A stretch of DNA of 56,305 nt from an uncultured virus (IMG/VR IMGVR_UViG_3300042446_001322) (Duplodnaviria; Heunggongvirae; Uroviricota; Caudoviricetes), in the IMG/VR virus record IMGVR_UViG_3300042446_001322. The stretch is one strand, 5' to 3'. The notes below the pieces were generated by a model. The model worked only from the letters and a program-made list of their open reading frames with translations. It did not search any database and had not been told where the DNA came from. The position numbers and the translations under genes were made by a program. Positions 32,074 to 41,721 of the stretch are shown here, piece after piece. The number at the start of each line of letters is the position of its first letter. The first letter of the stretch is position 1.

Positions 32074-32493
32074 TTATTTAAACTTATAAAATTTACCTAA
32101 TATATTACCGTTTAAATATCTATCAGACTCAAGTACTCCTAATACAAATTGATGTTTAGTTTCCTGGTATGATAATTCTAATTTAGTAGTACATATCATT
32201 AGTATATCTCTTTTAATTTTTACATTATCTTTGTGTGCTTTTTTCAGTACTTCATTGCTACTGTAATAATTTTGATAAGTAGCTTTTCTTACTCTTTTAT
32301 ATGTCTTCAATCTCTTATCAGTTGGCATAGCCTTCTTACTCAGTTTTGTTTTAATATCTGCATAAAAATTCTTTTTACCAATATAACTAATTGATTTTCC
32401 ATCTATTATTGCAGTCATATTATAAATAAAACCTATTGCATTTTCAGGAATCATATCTTCGGTAAAAATTTTACCTTTATATATCCAACTCAT
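32074..32493 (-). CDS. Short GIY-YIG family nuclease
   Basis: GFIY...SYIGKK, YYSS, ELSYQE and YLNGNI motifs. Confidence 0.7.
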   Translation of the reverse strand: MSWIYKGKIFTEDMIPENAIGFIYNMTAIIDGKSISYIGKKNFYADIKTKLSKKAMPTDKRLKTYKRVRKATYQNYYSSNEVLKKAHKDNVKIKRDILMICTTKLELSYQETKHQFVLGVLESDRYLNGNILGKFYKFK

Positions 32494-32504
32494 AATTTTA
32501 AAAT

Positions 32505-32738
32505 TTAAGCATCACCTTGTGGTATAATACTGCTACGTTCTTGTATAAATTTACCTGAGAATACCTCAGTTAATGTTTCTTTTACATTGATACCACCTTC
32601 TCTTTCAATAGTCTCTATCAATAATACTACTGCATGTATAAGATGTGCAGGAGTAACTCCACTTATCTTTAAATTTGTAGTAAACTTTTCTGGTGCCTCT
32701 TTATCAAACTCATAATTTATTTTAATCTTACCTTTCAT
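32505..32738 (-). CDS. Hypothetical protein
   Basis: 77-aa ORF overlapping the primase stop. Confidence 0.6.
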   Translation of the reverse strand: MKGKIKINYEFDKEAPEKFTTNLKISGVTPAHLIHAVVLLIETIEREGGINVKETLTEVFSGKFIQERSSIIPQGDA

Positions 32739-33714
32739 ATAATGTTTTATTAAGTAATAATAATACTTCTTCTTTTACTTTTTCAATACCGTGCACTTTA
32801 ATAGCATCTGACACATCTTTCTCCATATCAAGAATAATAAAATCAAGATTATATCTTTCTTTATATTTTTTCATAGAATTAATACCTGCTTCATCATTAT
32901 CAAATAGTACACATATCTTTTTATATTTTTCTTTAAGTTTATTTATGCTCTGCTCTTTAATCATAGTGTTTTCACTATCCGGAGCAATACACTCTATATC
33001 CTTAAAGCCAAGCTTATTAAAAGCCATTATATCTTTCAATGAAGAAGTAATAACTAAATAATCTACTGTAAGTGATAGTTGTTGTGATCCTTGTATATGA
33101 TTAGCTAACTTTAAGAATTTTTTATTCATATTCTTAGGCTGATAAATCTTATACAATGTACCATCTTTTTTAAAATAGCCATACAGATTTAAGCCTGTAA
33201 TAATAATTTCAGATGTAGTACCATTAAGTTCAAGTCTGGTCATCTTATAATATTCTAATGCAGATACATTATATGCTTCTAGCATTTTAGAACCAATATG
33301 ATATTGTCCCCAGTATTTCTGATCAAAGTTGGACCAATGCCTAATAGTATAATCAGTTACTTTATAATTTTCATAAGTTTTAATTTCAGGAGCTTTATAA
33401 GGTTTATGATCATCTAAGTATTTAACATAGTCATTAACTATTTTATAAGAAACTTCTCCTCTATCTTTAATACCAAATATATATTGTACTAAAGCTATAG
33501 AATCTCCCTGATAACCTGATGAAAAATCTTTAAACTTATATGTCATTGTTGCAGCATCCATATAAATAATCATTGATGGAGTCTTTTCAGTTTTAAATAC
33601 AGATTTAATCTTTATCTGCTGTCCGTCTAATTGTTCAGTAAGATTTAAATAATTCTCAAAGATCCAGATTGTTGGTACATCTTGGAATCTAATCACATTT
33701 TTAGTTGAAATCAT
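32728..33714 (-). CDS. DNA primase (DnaG-type TOPRIM)
   Basis: ITSSLKD, APDSEN and LFDNDEAG...KDVSD motifs. The N-terminal domain lacks obvious Zn-binding Cys. Confidence 0.82.
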   Translation of the reverse strand: MISTKNVIRFQDVPTIWIFENYLNLTEQLDGQQIKIKSVFKTEKTPSMIIYMDAATMTYKFKDFSSGYQGDSIALVQYIFGIKDRGEVSYKIVNDYVKYLDDHKPYKAPEIKTYENYKVTDYTIRHWSNFDQKYWGQYHIGSKMLEAYNVSALEYYKMTRLELNGTTSEIIITGLNLYGYFKKDGTLYKIYQPKNMNKKFLKLANHIQGSQQLSLTVDYLVITSSLKDIMAFNKLGFKDIECIAPDSENTMIKEQSINKLKEKYKKICVLFDNDEAGINSMKKYKERYNLDFIILDMEKDVSDAIKVHGIEKVKEEVLLLLNKTLYER

Positions 33715-33731
33715 ATCTTTTAACTTTAATT

Positions 33732-33762
33732 AAAAAGGGAGCCCATTTCCTGACTCCCTTTT
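33732..33762 (-). terminator. Intrinsic terminator
   Basis: AAAAAGGGAG-cccatttcctga-CTCCCTTTT. Confidence 0.7.
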
Positions 33763-33771
33763 AAACTATTG

Positions 33772-34452
33772 TTAGTCTAAATCAAAGTCTGAGCCAACCT
33801 TAGTTGATACCTCAAAATCATCTTCACCAAAAGTTTCTACTTTCTTAGCTTCTAATTTTTTAAGATGTAGAGCTTCAGAATATAGTAACTGTTTACCAGA
33901 TCCAAGTTTAGCATATGCAAAACCATCTCTAGAAGATTTTGGCAAATATAAGTCATAATTTGTATAACCCGTTTTACCTTCATATTCTTTTCCTGCAATA
34001 CAGAAATCTAAATACTTATCTTGATAAGGTGCTGTTTTATCAAATGCAGTGATGAACTCTTCAATTGTATTATGCTTATTATCTTGAGCATCAAACCAAT
34101 CTACTATGTCTAATGTAGTACATAATGATTTAATAAATACTAATATACTATTATCTCTAGAGATTTGTACACCTGATTTAGTTACTCCATCTGCAAATGC
34201 ATATTGACCAGATTTTACTCTACCAATTTGACCTTTGTAATGACCAGCATCTGGATTTTCTTTATCCAACATGAATCCTTCAAATCCTTCAAGAGGTTCA
34301 GTCTCAACATTAAGTACTAAACTTATACCACCTGGGATAAATTTAAAATCTTCACCTACTAAACTATTAAGTTTTAATTTGTGATTACCTGGAGTAATTG
34401 TTTTAGGTATTCCACTTCCACCTGTTCCTACATCTTTTGTTCCAATTGCCAT
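33772..34452 (-). CDS. Putative single-stranded DNA-binding protein
   Basis: Lies between the Sak4-like ATPase and primase. Beta-rich N-terminus and acidic-aromatic tail (EDDFEV...SDFDLD). Confidence 0.55.
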   Translation of the reverse strand: MAIGTKDVGTGGSGIPKTITPGNHKLKLNSLVGEDFKFIPGGISLVLNVETEPLEGFEGFMLDKENPDAGHYKGQIGRVKSGQYAFADGVTKSGVQISRDNSILVFIKSLCTTLDIVDWFDAQDNKHNTIEEFITAFDKTAPYQDKYLDFCIAGKEYEGKTGYTNYDLYLPKSSRDGFAYAKLGSGKQLLYSEALHLKKLEAKKVETFGEDDFEVSTKVGSDFDLD

Positions 34453-34471
34453 TTTTCTTATTTTTTATTTA

Positions 34472-35200
34472 TTATTTATATATCTCATCCCAGTGAGTAA
34501 CTATTTCTCCTTTGTCATTAGCTTCACTAATAACTATTTCTGCATTTCTTAAATGCTCAGGTCTTGCACCACAAGTTGTTTCTTCATTAGTTTTAAATGA
34601 TAAGAATACTTGATTACCTTTTCTGAACATATAACCAATTGCATCAGCATTTGCACAGATTAGAGACTTGATCTTACCAGTTAAATCTATATTAGCAGAC
34701 ATAACCATTTCACCTTTATCATCTACTTGCTTATCTTTGATATGTCCAGATAGAATAATATGGTCAGCTAAAGTATCTACATAGTTTAAAACATCAAAAA
34801 ATGCTTCTCTCACATATAAATAACCAGCTCCATTTGGTAAAGTAATTACATTATCTCCATCAAAGTTTTTACCCATACTAGTGGCTTTATACTTTTTGAC
34901 AGCTAATGGCATTACCATTTCTTCTAATGCAGTTACAGTATCAATAGTAATAAACTTATAAGGTTTACCAGCTTCAACTACTTGTTTACCAATTGCTAGC
35001 AACTCTTTAAGATTACCTGCTTTAACCTTTAATGCATCTACATAATCAGTCCCATTTTCCAAATCAATAATTAAATTATCTTCTAAACCAGCAAATGCAG
35101 TAGTTTTACCTGTCTTTGGTTTAGAATAAATAATTAATCTTTTTGGATTGACTCTTGTTGCACTCACTTTCTTAGTGGGCAATACTAATCCTTCACTCAT
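34472..35200 (-). CDS. AAA_24 / Sak4-like ATPase
   Basis: YSKPKTGKTT, IIDLENG, ITIDTVT and ADAIGY motifs. Confidence 0.8.
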   Translation of the reverse strand: MSEGLVLPTKKVSATRVNPKRLIIYSKPKTGKTTAFAGLEDNLIIDLENGTDYVDALKVKAGNLKELLAIGKQVVEAGKPYKFITIDTVTALEEMVMPLAVKKYKATSMGKNFDGDNVITLPNGAGYLYVREAFFDVLNYVDTLADHIILSGHIKDKQVDDKGEMVMSANIDLTGKIKSLICANADAIGYMFRKGNQVFLSFKTNEETTCGARPEHLRNAEIVISEANDKGEIVTHWDEIYK

Positions 35201-35204
35201 ACTT

Positions 35205-35759
35205 TCATTTTATTAAATCATTTAACCATTTTTTATTACTTACTGGCTTCTTTAATAGAATGGCAGCTAGATCTCTTACAGTTAAACTGCTTAAAGGAGC
35301 ATCTAAATCTGAATCCATTAAATCATCAAAATCAGGAAATAACCCTTGCGTTTCAGTATTCTTAGTTTCAGTTTTAGTTTCAGGTTTAATTTTTATCAGT
35401 TCAGATACAGGAATTAGATACCTTACATGCCCATTTGCATTAGCATCTGTAGTTTCATACTCCTCATCATAAAATGAATTATAACTCCATTTATACAGTG
35501 TTCTTGTTGGGTCTTCAGAATCTAGTGCAATACTTACGTATTCAGTATAGATGTCTTCTCCTTTTGATAATTCACTCTTAAAGAATCCCATATATAAATC
35601 ATCTTTACCATATGGTCTATAAGCACATTTAGGAATATATAGTGGACTACTTATACCTAATGCATCAAATACTTTTTGATGGTGTTTTACCAGCTCTTCA
35701 GTTTTTTCTTTTCTGTTAAAACCAGCATTATTACTGGTGTCTTTTGTTGTTAATGCCAT
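35205..35759 (-). CDS. Hypothetical protein
   Basis: 184-aa ORF in the replication operon. Confidence 0.7.
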   Translation of the reverse strand: MALTTKDTSNNAGFNRKEKTEELVKHHQKVFDALGISSPLYIPKCAYRPYGKDDLYMGFFKSELSKGEDIYTEYVSIALDSEDPTRTLYKWSYNSFYDEEYETTDANANGHVRYLIPVSELIKIKPETKTETKNTETQGLFPDFDDLMDSDLDAPLSSLTVRDLAAILLKKPVSNKKWLNDLIK

Positions 35760-35766
35760 ATATTAA

Positions 35767-36777
35767 TTATTTGGTTCCAATTCTTTTTTCTTGTTGAGCT
35801 GGAGTATTCATTTCTGCTATACTCATTTTCTCAAATTCAGCTTTAAAGAAACTTAATCTAGTATCACCATTTCTACATTTAAGAAAGTGTAATACCATTA
35901 CCCTATCATTTTCAATTATATATCTATCAGGACCATAGAATCTGATCTTCTGTTTAGCTGGTCTATTAATACCAATTACAGTATCTGCATGTTGTAATAA
36001 AGCATCAGCACCAAATATATCTGATTCTAATACATAATTACCATACTTTCCATCTTCTGATCTCTCAGGATTATCTATATTTCTGTTTAATTGACTTAAT
36101 ATAATGAATGCTATCGGGTAAACTCTTTTAAGATTTGTTAATGCTTCACCAAGGTTATTTAAAGTTTCATTCTTATCTCTTTCAGTTTGTGCTTTTTTTA
36201 CAAGTAAGGAATGGTCAAGAGAAATTAAAGTCTTTTTATATTTTCTTATACCTTCTTCATCTACTTCAGAATAATGTGACATATACTCATGTATAGTTCT
36301 GATAAATTCATCTACTGTACATGGTTTTTCTACTATATCAATGGGATACTTAATCTTTTGCTTAGCATAATCATAGCATTTCTGTAAATCTTCATTTGAT
36401 AATTGACCATCTGCACTACATAAATACTTGTATGACTTACCAATAATACTTGAATATTCTCTAATTGCAGATGACCTAGCTAACATCTCAAATTGAAACT
36501 GTAATACTCTAAAGTCTTCTGCAGGATTAAGAATAAAAGATTCTCTTATAATCTGCTCAACTATTAAAGTCTTTCCTGAAGCAGGTCTTCCTCCAATTAC
36601 AGTCATAGTATTCCATTCAATACCATCAGTCATTGCATCATTAAACTTAGGCCATGGTGTTCTAAGACTTTTAATCTCACCTACCATTCTGCCTTTTAAA
36701 TAATGTAATGATTCTTGAAAACCTTCTTTTTGACTAACCCATTTAGAATTAGTAGTTTGCTTAAGTGCCATATACAA
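35767..36777 (-). CDS. dnaB: DnaB-like replicative helicase (ATPase domain)
   Basis: GGRPASGKT, FQFEM, SLDH, LSQLNR, QHAD and KCRNG motifs. Confidence 0.88.
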   Translation of the reverse strand: MYMALKQTTNSKWVSQKEGFQESLHYLKGRMVGEIKSLRTPWPKFNDAMTDGIEWNTMTVIGGRPASGKTLIVEQIIRESFILNPAEDFRVLQFQFEMLARSSAIREYSSIIGKSYKYLCSADGQLSNEDLQKCYDYAKQKIKYPIDIVEKPCTVDEFIRTIHEYMSHYSEVDEEGIRKYKKTLISLDHSLLVKKAQTERDKNETLNNLGEALTNLKRVYPIAFIILSQLNRNIDNPERSEDGKYGNYVLESDIFGADALLQHADTVIGINRPAKQKIRFYGPDRYIIENDRVMVLHFLKCRNGDTRLSFFKAEFEKMSIAEMNTPAQQEKRIGTK

Positions 36778-36780
36778 TAA

Positions 36781-36957
36781 TTAAATAATTTTTACTTTTA
36801 CTCTATTATATGTAGTATGTAATACACTAATTAATACCTCAATTAATATAAACGGGATTATATTAATCTCAATAATAAATGTATTAGTAACTAAATATCC
36901 TAATAGAACTCCTACTATGGCACAAAACCCTAGTATTAATCTGGATGATTTATACAT
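36781..36957 (-). CDS. Small two-TM membrane protein (58 aa), not in ORF track
   Basis: MYKSSRLILGFCAIVGVLLGYLVTNTFIIEINIIPFILIEVLISVLHTTYNRVKVKII. Fills the gap exactly. Confidence 0.65.
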   Translation of the reverse strand: MYKSSRLILGFCAIVGVLLGYLVTNTFIIEINIIPFILIEVLISVLHTTYNRVKVKII

Positions 36958-37547
36958 TATACTACCCTTTCTTTAAAATGTGTTTGTGATGGATCATCTG
37001 ACCCATTTAATAACATATCACAATAATTTGCTAATTCAGAATCATAAGTTTTATCTGAGCCTTGCTTTCTAATAAAGTATTGAGATGTTCTCATATACTT
37101 ATATCCTGTTGCTTCATACTCATCAACATATGTCTTTGTAGCATTAATTACTGTTTCCCATGTATAAGTATGTGATTCAAAGAACCATCTAAAGTTATTC
37201 TCTAAATTCTTTTTATCTGACCTTGCATATTTACCACTTGGTAGCTTAAATTTAGGAAAAATATCTAAATAAACATCAATATTTTCCATAAAATTATCAC
37301 CCATCAATGTTGCACTTGTTTTCTTTTTGCTATTCTTGAAATAAGACTCTAGTTCTTGTAAAAGAATAATTGCCTTACCTGCTAGTTTCATATCAGCTTC
37401 TAACCAGTCTGTTGACTGTAAGCGTTTTACCTCTAATGCATCATTGATAAAATCATTAGTTTTAATTTTATGCTTAATACAATAGAGTATATACAATTGA
37501 TTTGGACTCAACTGTTTCTTTATTAATAAATTAAAAATTTCATCCAT
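36957..37547 (-). CDS. Putative replication initiator / helicase-loader-like protein
   Basis: N-terminal wHTH-like segment. Located just upstream of DnaB. Function is inferred. Confidence 0.4.
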   Translation of the reverse strand: MDEIFNLLIKKQLSPNQLYILYCIKHKIKTNDFINDALEVKRLQSTDWLEADMKLAGKAIILLQELESYFKNSKKKTSATLMGDNFMENIDVYLDIFPKFKLPSGKYARSDKKNLENNFRWFFESHTYTWETVINATKTYVDEYEATGYKYMRTSQYFIRKQGSDKTYDSELANYCDMLLNGSDDPSQTHFKERVV

Positions 37548-37548
37548 A

Positions 37549-38262
37549 TTACCATTTTATATCAAAATTATAATTCTTTTTTGTAATCTCAGAAGTTTTT
37601 CTAAATACATCATCACAGGGCCATTTCTTTTTACCTAAAGATATAGCATTCATAGGATGAGTTAAAATAAATAAAGGATCTTTTTCAGATAAGTAATCAA
37701 TTAACTGTTCTGAAGTTCTTCCTATCAAAATATAACATAATCCAGGATTGTAGATTTTAAGGTAATCTAATAAATATGCCATCATTGGTCTCCATAATTT
37801 CACATGTGAATTTGGTTTGCCTATTGTAGTAGTAAGGGCACTATTTAACATTAGAATACCTTGGTTACTCCATCTCTTTAAGTCTTTGTCAGTAGAAATG
37901 CTCTCAGACTCATATACAGTATCATTAACAGCTTGTAATAAATATTCCAATGCTGGTAATGGTTTCTTTTCAAAAGCACATGAGAAGGCAAGTCCATCAG
38001 ATTGCTCAATCCCATTATAAGGATCTTGTCCAATAAGCACTACCTTGAGTTCATCATATGGACATTCTTCAAATGCTCTAAACACATACTTCATAAATGG
38101 AGTGAACCGTCTATCTTCCTGTGAATCTTTTATCAATGTCAATAAAATAGTATCAAACTCACTACTAAATATAAATCCTCTGAGAACTCTTGCCCATCCT
38201 GATTCAATTAGTTTTGTATTTAATTTCTCTTTTATTTCATTTATGTTTATATTTGTTGTCAT
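37549..38262 (-). CDS. ung: Uracil-DNA glycosylase (family 1)
   Basis: KVVLIGQDPY, GLAFS, QGILMLNSALT and THP motifs. Confidence 0.92.
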   Translation of the reverse strand: MTTNININEIKEKLNTKLIESGWARVLRGFIFSSEFDTILLTLIKDSQEDRRFTPFMKYVFRAFEECPYDELKVVLIGQDPYNGIEQSDGLAFSCAFEKKPLPALEYLLQAVNDTVYESESISTDKDLKRWSNQGILMLNSALTTTIGKPNSHVKLWRPMMAYLLDYLKIYNPGLCYILIGRTSEQLIDYLSEKDPLFILTHPMNAISLGKKKWPCDDVFRKTSEITKKNYNFDIKW

Positions 38263-38282
38263 ACTAATTAAAATTTTAAGCC

Positions 38283-38603
38283 ATGGCTATAAAAGTAAAA
38301 GAATTAAAAGATGATGCTCAAATCAGTGTCCCAGTAAACAAAGCATATTACTTCATGTTGAAGAATAACTTGTTTTATTTATACAATCAAATTCAATTGG
38401 CTGGTCCAGAAGCTTCTGAAAAGTCATTTGAAACTATTAAAGAAGCAGATTACTCAAAGATGTCTCAAGTTGAGCAATCTTTTTATACTGTTACTTTAAT
38501 GATAGCTGAAATTGAGAGACTTGCTTTAGAGCAAAATCTTTTTGATGAGAAAGAGGTACTTGAACCTACAGATGAAGGTTATGTTGAGCCTACGCTAGAT
38601 TAA
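38283..38603 (+). CDS. Hypothetical protein, sole + strand gene in the - strand block
   Basis: 106 aa with natural composition. Fills a gap that has no competing - strand ORF. Confidence 0.7.
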   Translation: MAIKVKELKDDAQISVPVNKAYYFMLKNNLFYLYNQIQLAGPEASEKSFETIKEADYSKMSQVEQSFYTVTLMIAEIERLALEQNLFDEKEVLEPTDEGYVEPTLD

Positions 38604-38976
38604 TATTGTATTCCGCTCCTATTTCTATACATGCTTGAACAGCTTGGGATAGCTCATCACTTGAACACTCAGCAAATGATTTGCACATCTCAAGCTTTTT
38701 ACCTTCATCATTTACATCAAAGCATAATCCTGCTTGTGTTTTAACAAGCTTTTTCATTTCATCAAATGTATATCCTGATTCTTTTGCCATTTCTCTAATA
38801 CATACGTGTATTTTTGAGATTTGTGCATAAGATCCAGCTTTACCTTGAATACTAATAAACATTTCCAATTCTTCACCTTCTTCTACTAATTTTACAAATT
38901 CAGCATAAGCTAAACTTTCTTTTTCAGTTCTGTAGGTAAGTTTTCCGTTTTTCTTAATAAATTTTGCACTAAACAT
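38590..38976 (-). CDS. NinB/YbcN-like protein
   Basis: S..Q..KIH..IREMA..SGYT.DEMK...KSF..CS..EL pattern. Confidence 0.5.
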   Translation of the reverse strand: MFSAKFIKKNGKLTYRTEKESLAYAEFVKLVEEGEELEMFISIQGKAGSYAQISKIHVCIREMAKESGYTFDEMKKLVKTQAGLCFDVNDEGKKLEMCKSFAECSSDELSQAVQACIEIGAEYNINLA

Positions 38977-38994
38977 GTTGGTTTGTTTTAAAGG

Positions 38995-39972
38995 TTATAA
39001 TGGTATTTTACTCCATTTCTTAAATAAGTCAATAATTAATATTACATCTTCAATGTCTGTCATAGCAACACCCCAAGAGTGTTCATATACTTTCCACTGA
39101 TTATTATTTATCTCATCACTTTCATTTGATACTAGTATTACATCAGAGTTTATTTCATATGAGTAATAGTAATAATCATTTTTGTCACCGGATTCTTCTT
39201 TAGTAACAATTACTTTATCAAATCCTGCTTCAGTTAATTCTTGCTGTTTCATTTTTGTAATTTTTTTTCTATTAACTTATCAATATAATCTTCAGCCTCC
39301 ATTGCTGTAGAGAATAGTATAATAAATCCTTGTGAATCTCTACTATATCTCCAAAAGCCAAAAAAGCCTTCTTTAGTTTGTACAAAATACCCACCATATG
39401 AGTATTGTGATTTTAATATTTTATATTTTGTCTTCATATTACTACTGACCAAGTTAATAATTAATTGTTTGTGTGTAAAATCCTGTGCTTGCTTTTTTTT
39501 CTATGTATTCTCTGTGTAATTTTCTATGATTATGTTTTTTAATTATCATAGAATTATTTACAGGTGATCTTTTTATTATTTTTGCTTTTCTCAACTTACT
39601 TGTTTTATTTATCACCTTATAATTTAACCATTTAAGCATTAATACAACTCCATATAAATCTTCCATATCAGTCACTATTTTTAATTTGATAATAAATAAT
39701 ACATACTACTACAATTACTATTAACAATAAAACCATCATAATATTTATTTTTTAATCAACTTTGCCATATAATCATTAAGAACTACCATAAAAGGTGTGT
39801 AATCAAGATTATAAAAAGCATCAGTTGTGTTTTTCCAACCTAAATGCATAAAACATTTATCTAAAGCAGCTTCATCAAAAGTAATACTTTTTTTTATTAT
39901 ATTTTTTTTAACTACTTGATTATGCATTTTTACAGTATTTCTTCTCTCATTCCATTCTTCCTGTAAACCCAT
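38995..39972 (-). other. Cluster of small hypothetical ORFs (38995-39252, 39249-39452, 39454-39675, 39745-39972)
   Basis: Packed, co-oriented short ORFs with no recognisable motifs. Confidence 0.55.
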
Positions 39973-39982
39973 ATTATTTACT

Positions 39983-40176
39983 TTAACGGTTTTTTCTCTG
40001 TTCTATATAATCAATAATAAATCCTGTAGCAACTATTAAATTCATGCCACATGATGCAACAACTTCTATAATATCTTCATAAACATTTACCATAAGATGT
40101 AAATGCCCAACTGTCCAGAATGGAATAGCCAAATTTTGACTAATCCACACTGTAAGATATTTTAAAAAATGCTTCA
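39983..40176 (-). CDS. Small membrane protein (likely start MKHFLKYL)
   Basis: Hydrophobic ORF. The track start at 40246 overlaps the DUF1566 gene, so the downstream ATG is preferred. Confidence 0.55.
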
Positions 40177-40181
40177 TTTTT

Positions 40182-40532
40182 TTAAATTGACCTAACCGCA
40201 CGCACATAGTTTGTGAAGTTCTTATTGTAGTAGTAGGCATTCCCATAGTTGAAGAGGAAGGACCACGCGAGGCCGTAGTTGGTCCCCGTACTACTCCAAT
40301 AGCTGTCAGTAGTAATTACTTTATGATTATACATAATAAAGCATTCTTCAATAGTTGGTAATCTCCAATCATCTCCTAATTCTTTAACTGCTTTTACAGC
40401 ATCTTCCCAATTCATTTTACCTAATTCTTCAGGATGTACTTCAAATTTATAATGTTGTTCTACAATAATTGATTCTAGTTCTTTATCTTTTTCTTTAGGA
40501 ACATATACTATTCCATCTATTATTACTTCCAT
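40182..40532 (-). CDS. DUF1566 (Lcl-C, C-type lectin fold) protein, putative DGR target
   Basis: MNWEDA...DDWRLPTIEE...YWSST...AW...VRAVR. Confidence 0.85.
   Translation of the reverse strand: MEVIIDGIVYVPKEKDKELESIIVEQHYKFEVHPEELGKMNWEDAVKAVKELGDDWRLPTIEECFIMYNHKVITTDSYWSSTGTNYGLAWSFLFNYGNAYYYNKNFTNYVRAVRSI
40185..40301 (-). repeat. DGR variable-region-like segment
   Basis: 17 C-ending codons (ACC AAC TAC GGC CTC..TCC TTC CTC TTC AAC..GCC TAC TAC TAC..) in a genome that otherwise favours A/T at third positions. Ends GTGCGTGCGGTTAGG. Confidence 0.7.
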
Positions 40533-40534
40533 AA

Positions 40535-40816
40535 CTATTTCTTTTTAAATTCTACATAACACTCAACTCTATCTGTATGATTTCCTCCCATTCTATCTGA
40601 GAAATAGATTACATTTAATGTTTTACATTTCCAGCAATATACTAATCCTGTCCAAGGTATAGATTTCAATGTTTCTTGATTAACTTGATCTTTACAACTA
40701 TAACAACCTTTATTTTGTGTAGTATCAATATCTAAAGTTTTATCAAGTTTAAAATGAGGTTCAATATCTTTTGCGGGATCAATTGTAAATTTTGCTTCAA
40801 ATTCTTGTATAGTCAT
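40535..40816 (-). CDS. Zn-ribbon protein
   Basis: CYSC...CWKC. Confidence 0.6.
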   Translation of the reverse strand: MTIQEFEAKFTIDPAKDIEPHFKLDKTLDIDTTQNKGCYSCKDQVNQETLKSIPWTGLVYCWKCKTLNVIYFSDRMGGNHTDRVECYVEFKKK

Positions 40817-40818
40817 AA

Positions 40819-40989
40819 CTATTTCTTTTCAGATTCATCAATTGCCATATTAGCAAATACAATATGTAATGTAACATCATCATCACATTTCTCACATCTG
40901 TAATTAGCTCTTGATCTTATGTACCAACCTGCATTACAGCATAGTGTTTTGATATCACTGATCTCCAGTTTCTTCTCTTTCTTCTTCAT
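40819..40989 (-). CDS. Small Zn-finger-like protein (56 aa), not in ORF track
   Basis: MKKKEKKLEISDIKTLCCNAGWYIRSRANYRCEKCDDDV... Confidence 0.55.
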   Translation of the reverse strand: MKKKEKKLEISDIKTLCCNAGWYIRSRANYRCEKCDDDVTLHIVFANMAIDESEKK

Positions 40990-41098
40990 ATTCTCTTTTT
41001 TTAGCTATATAATCTCCAATTTCAATATCTAGTGGAATGTCATCCACATGTCCGTACTGATTAATTAAATCAATATATATTTGTTTTACTCTTCCCAT
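40955..41098 (-). CDS. Small acidic protein (47 aa), not in ORF track
   Basis: MGRVKQIYIDLINQYGHVDDIPLDIEIGDYIAKKREYEEEREETGDQ. Confidence 0.5.
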   Translation of the reverse strand: MGRVKQIYIDLINQYGHVDDIPLDIEIGDYIAKKREYEEEREETGDQ

Positions 41099-41541
41099 AA
41101 TTTTAATACTGATAAGATTAATTGTTTAGCAGCTACTTCAGGTTTATCAATCTTTTTAAATTGCATATATCTTGAAAAACTTGCTAACTGATTATGTGTT
41201 AATGTTATTGATACCGTTGATGCAGTAGTATTATATTCTCTTTTTTTTACATCAAAATCATTAAATTCAGCTGGATACAGCTTTATAAATTCATTAACAT
41301 TTTTCAAAAACAACGGATCCTTAATCTTATACATATTATATGCTGCTCTTTTAGCATAATTTACTGTACTTGTTGAAGTTAAGTTAGTATAAGTAAAGAT
41401 TTCTTTTTCTTTTACATTAAAAGTATAATGTAAAATAGCTATTAAATAGTTTCTCCTATCTATAACATAAGGCTCTTTTGTTTTTGGTTCACTCTTAATT
41501 TTTAATAATTCTTTTACTATATCATCTTTAGTGTACTCCAT
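41086..41541 (-). CDS. Putative DNA-binding protein (DnaA C-terminal-like HTH)
   Basis: K..PYVIDRRNYLIAIL...EI......STVNYA resembles DnaA domain IV. Weak match. Confidence 0.4.
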   Translation of the reverse strand: MEYTKDDIVKELLKIKSEPKTKEPYVIDRRNYLIAILHYTFNVKEKEIFTYTNLTSTSTVNYAKRAAYNMYKIKDPLFLKNVNEFIKLYPAEFNDFDVKKREYNTTASTVSITLTHNQLASFSRYMQFKKIDKPEVAAKQLILSVLKLWEE

Positions 41542-41546
41542 AATAT

Positions 41547-41720
41547 TTAAATAAAAAATGGAAACAAAAATCCTTTAATCTCAGCTACTATAGGACCTAC
41601 AAATACAGTACTTAAGAACCCGTGATTTTGAGACCATAAATACCAAAAATGCATGCTAAATAACTGAGTACAAAATATATATATAAATAAGCTTGTAGCA
41701 AATACATTTTCTTTTTCCAT
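41547..41720 (-). CDS. Small membrane protein (likely start MEKENV)
   Basis: Hydrophobic ORF following the junction motif. Confidence 0.55.
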   Translation of the reverse strand: MEKENVFATSLFIYIFCTQLFSMHFWYLWSQNHGFLSTVFVGPIVAEIKGFLFPFFI

Positions 41721-41721
41721 A

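Noticed and set aside
40182..40532. Complete DGR in this window
   Set aside because: No RT ORF and no second copy of the VR found by eye.
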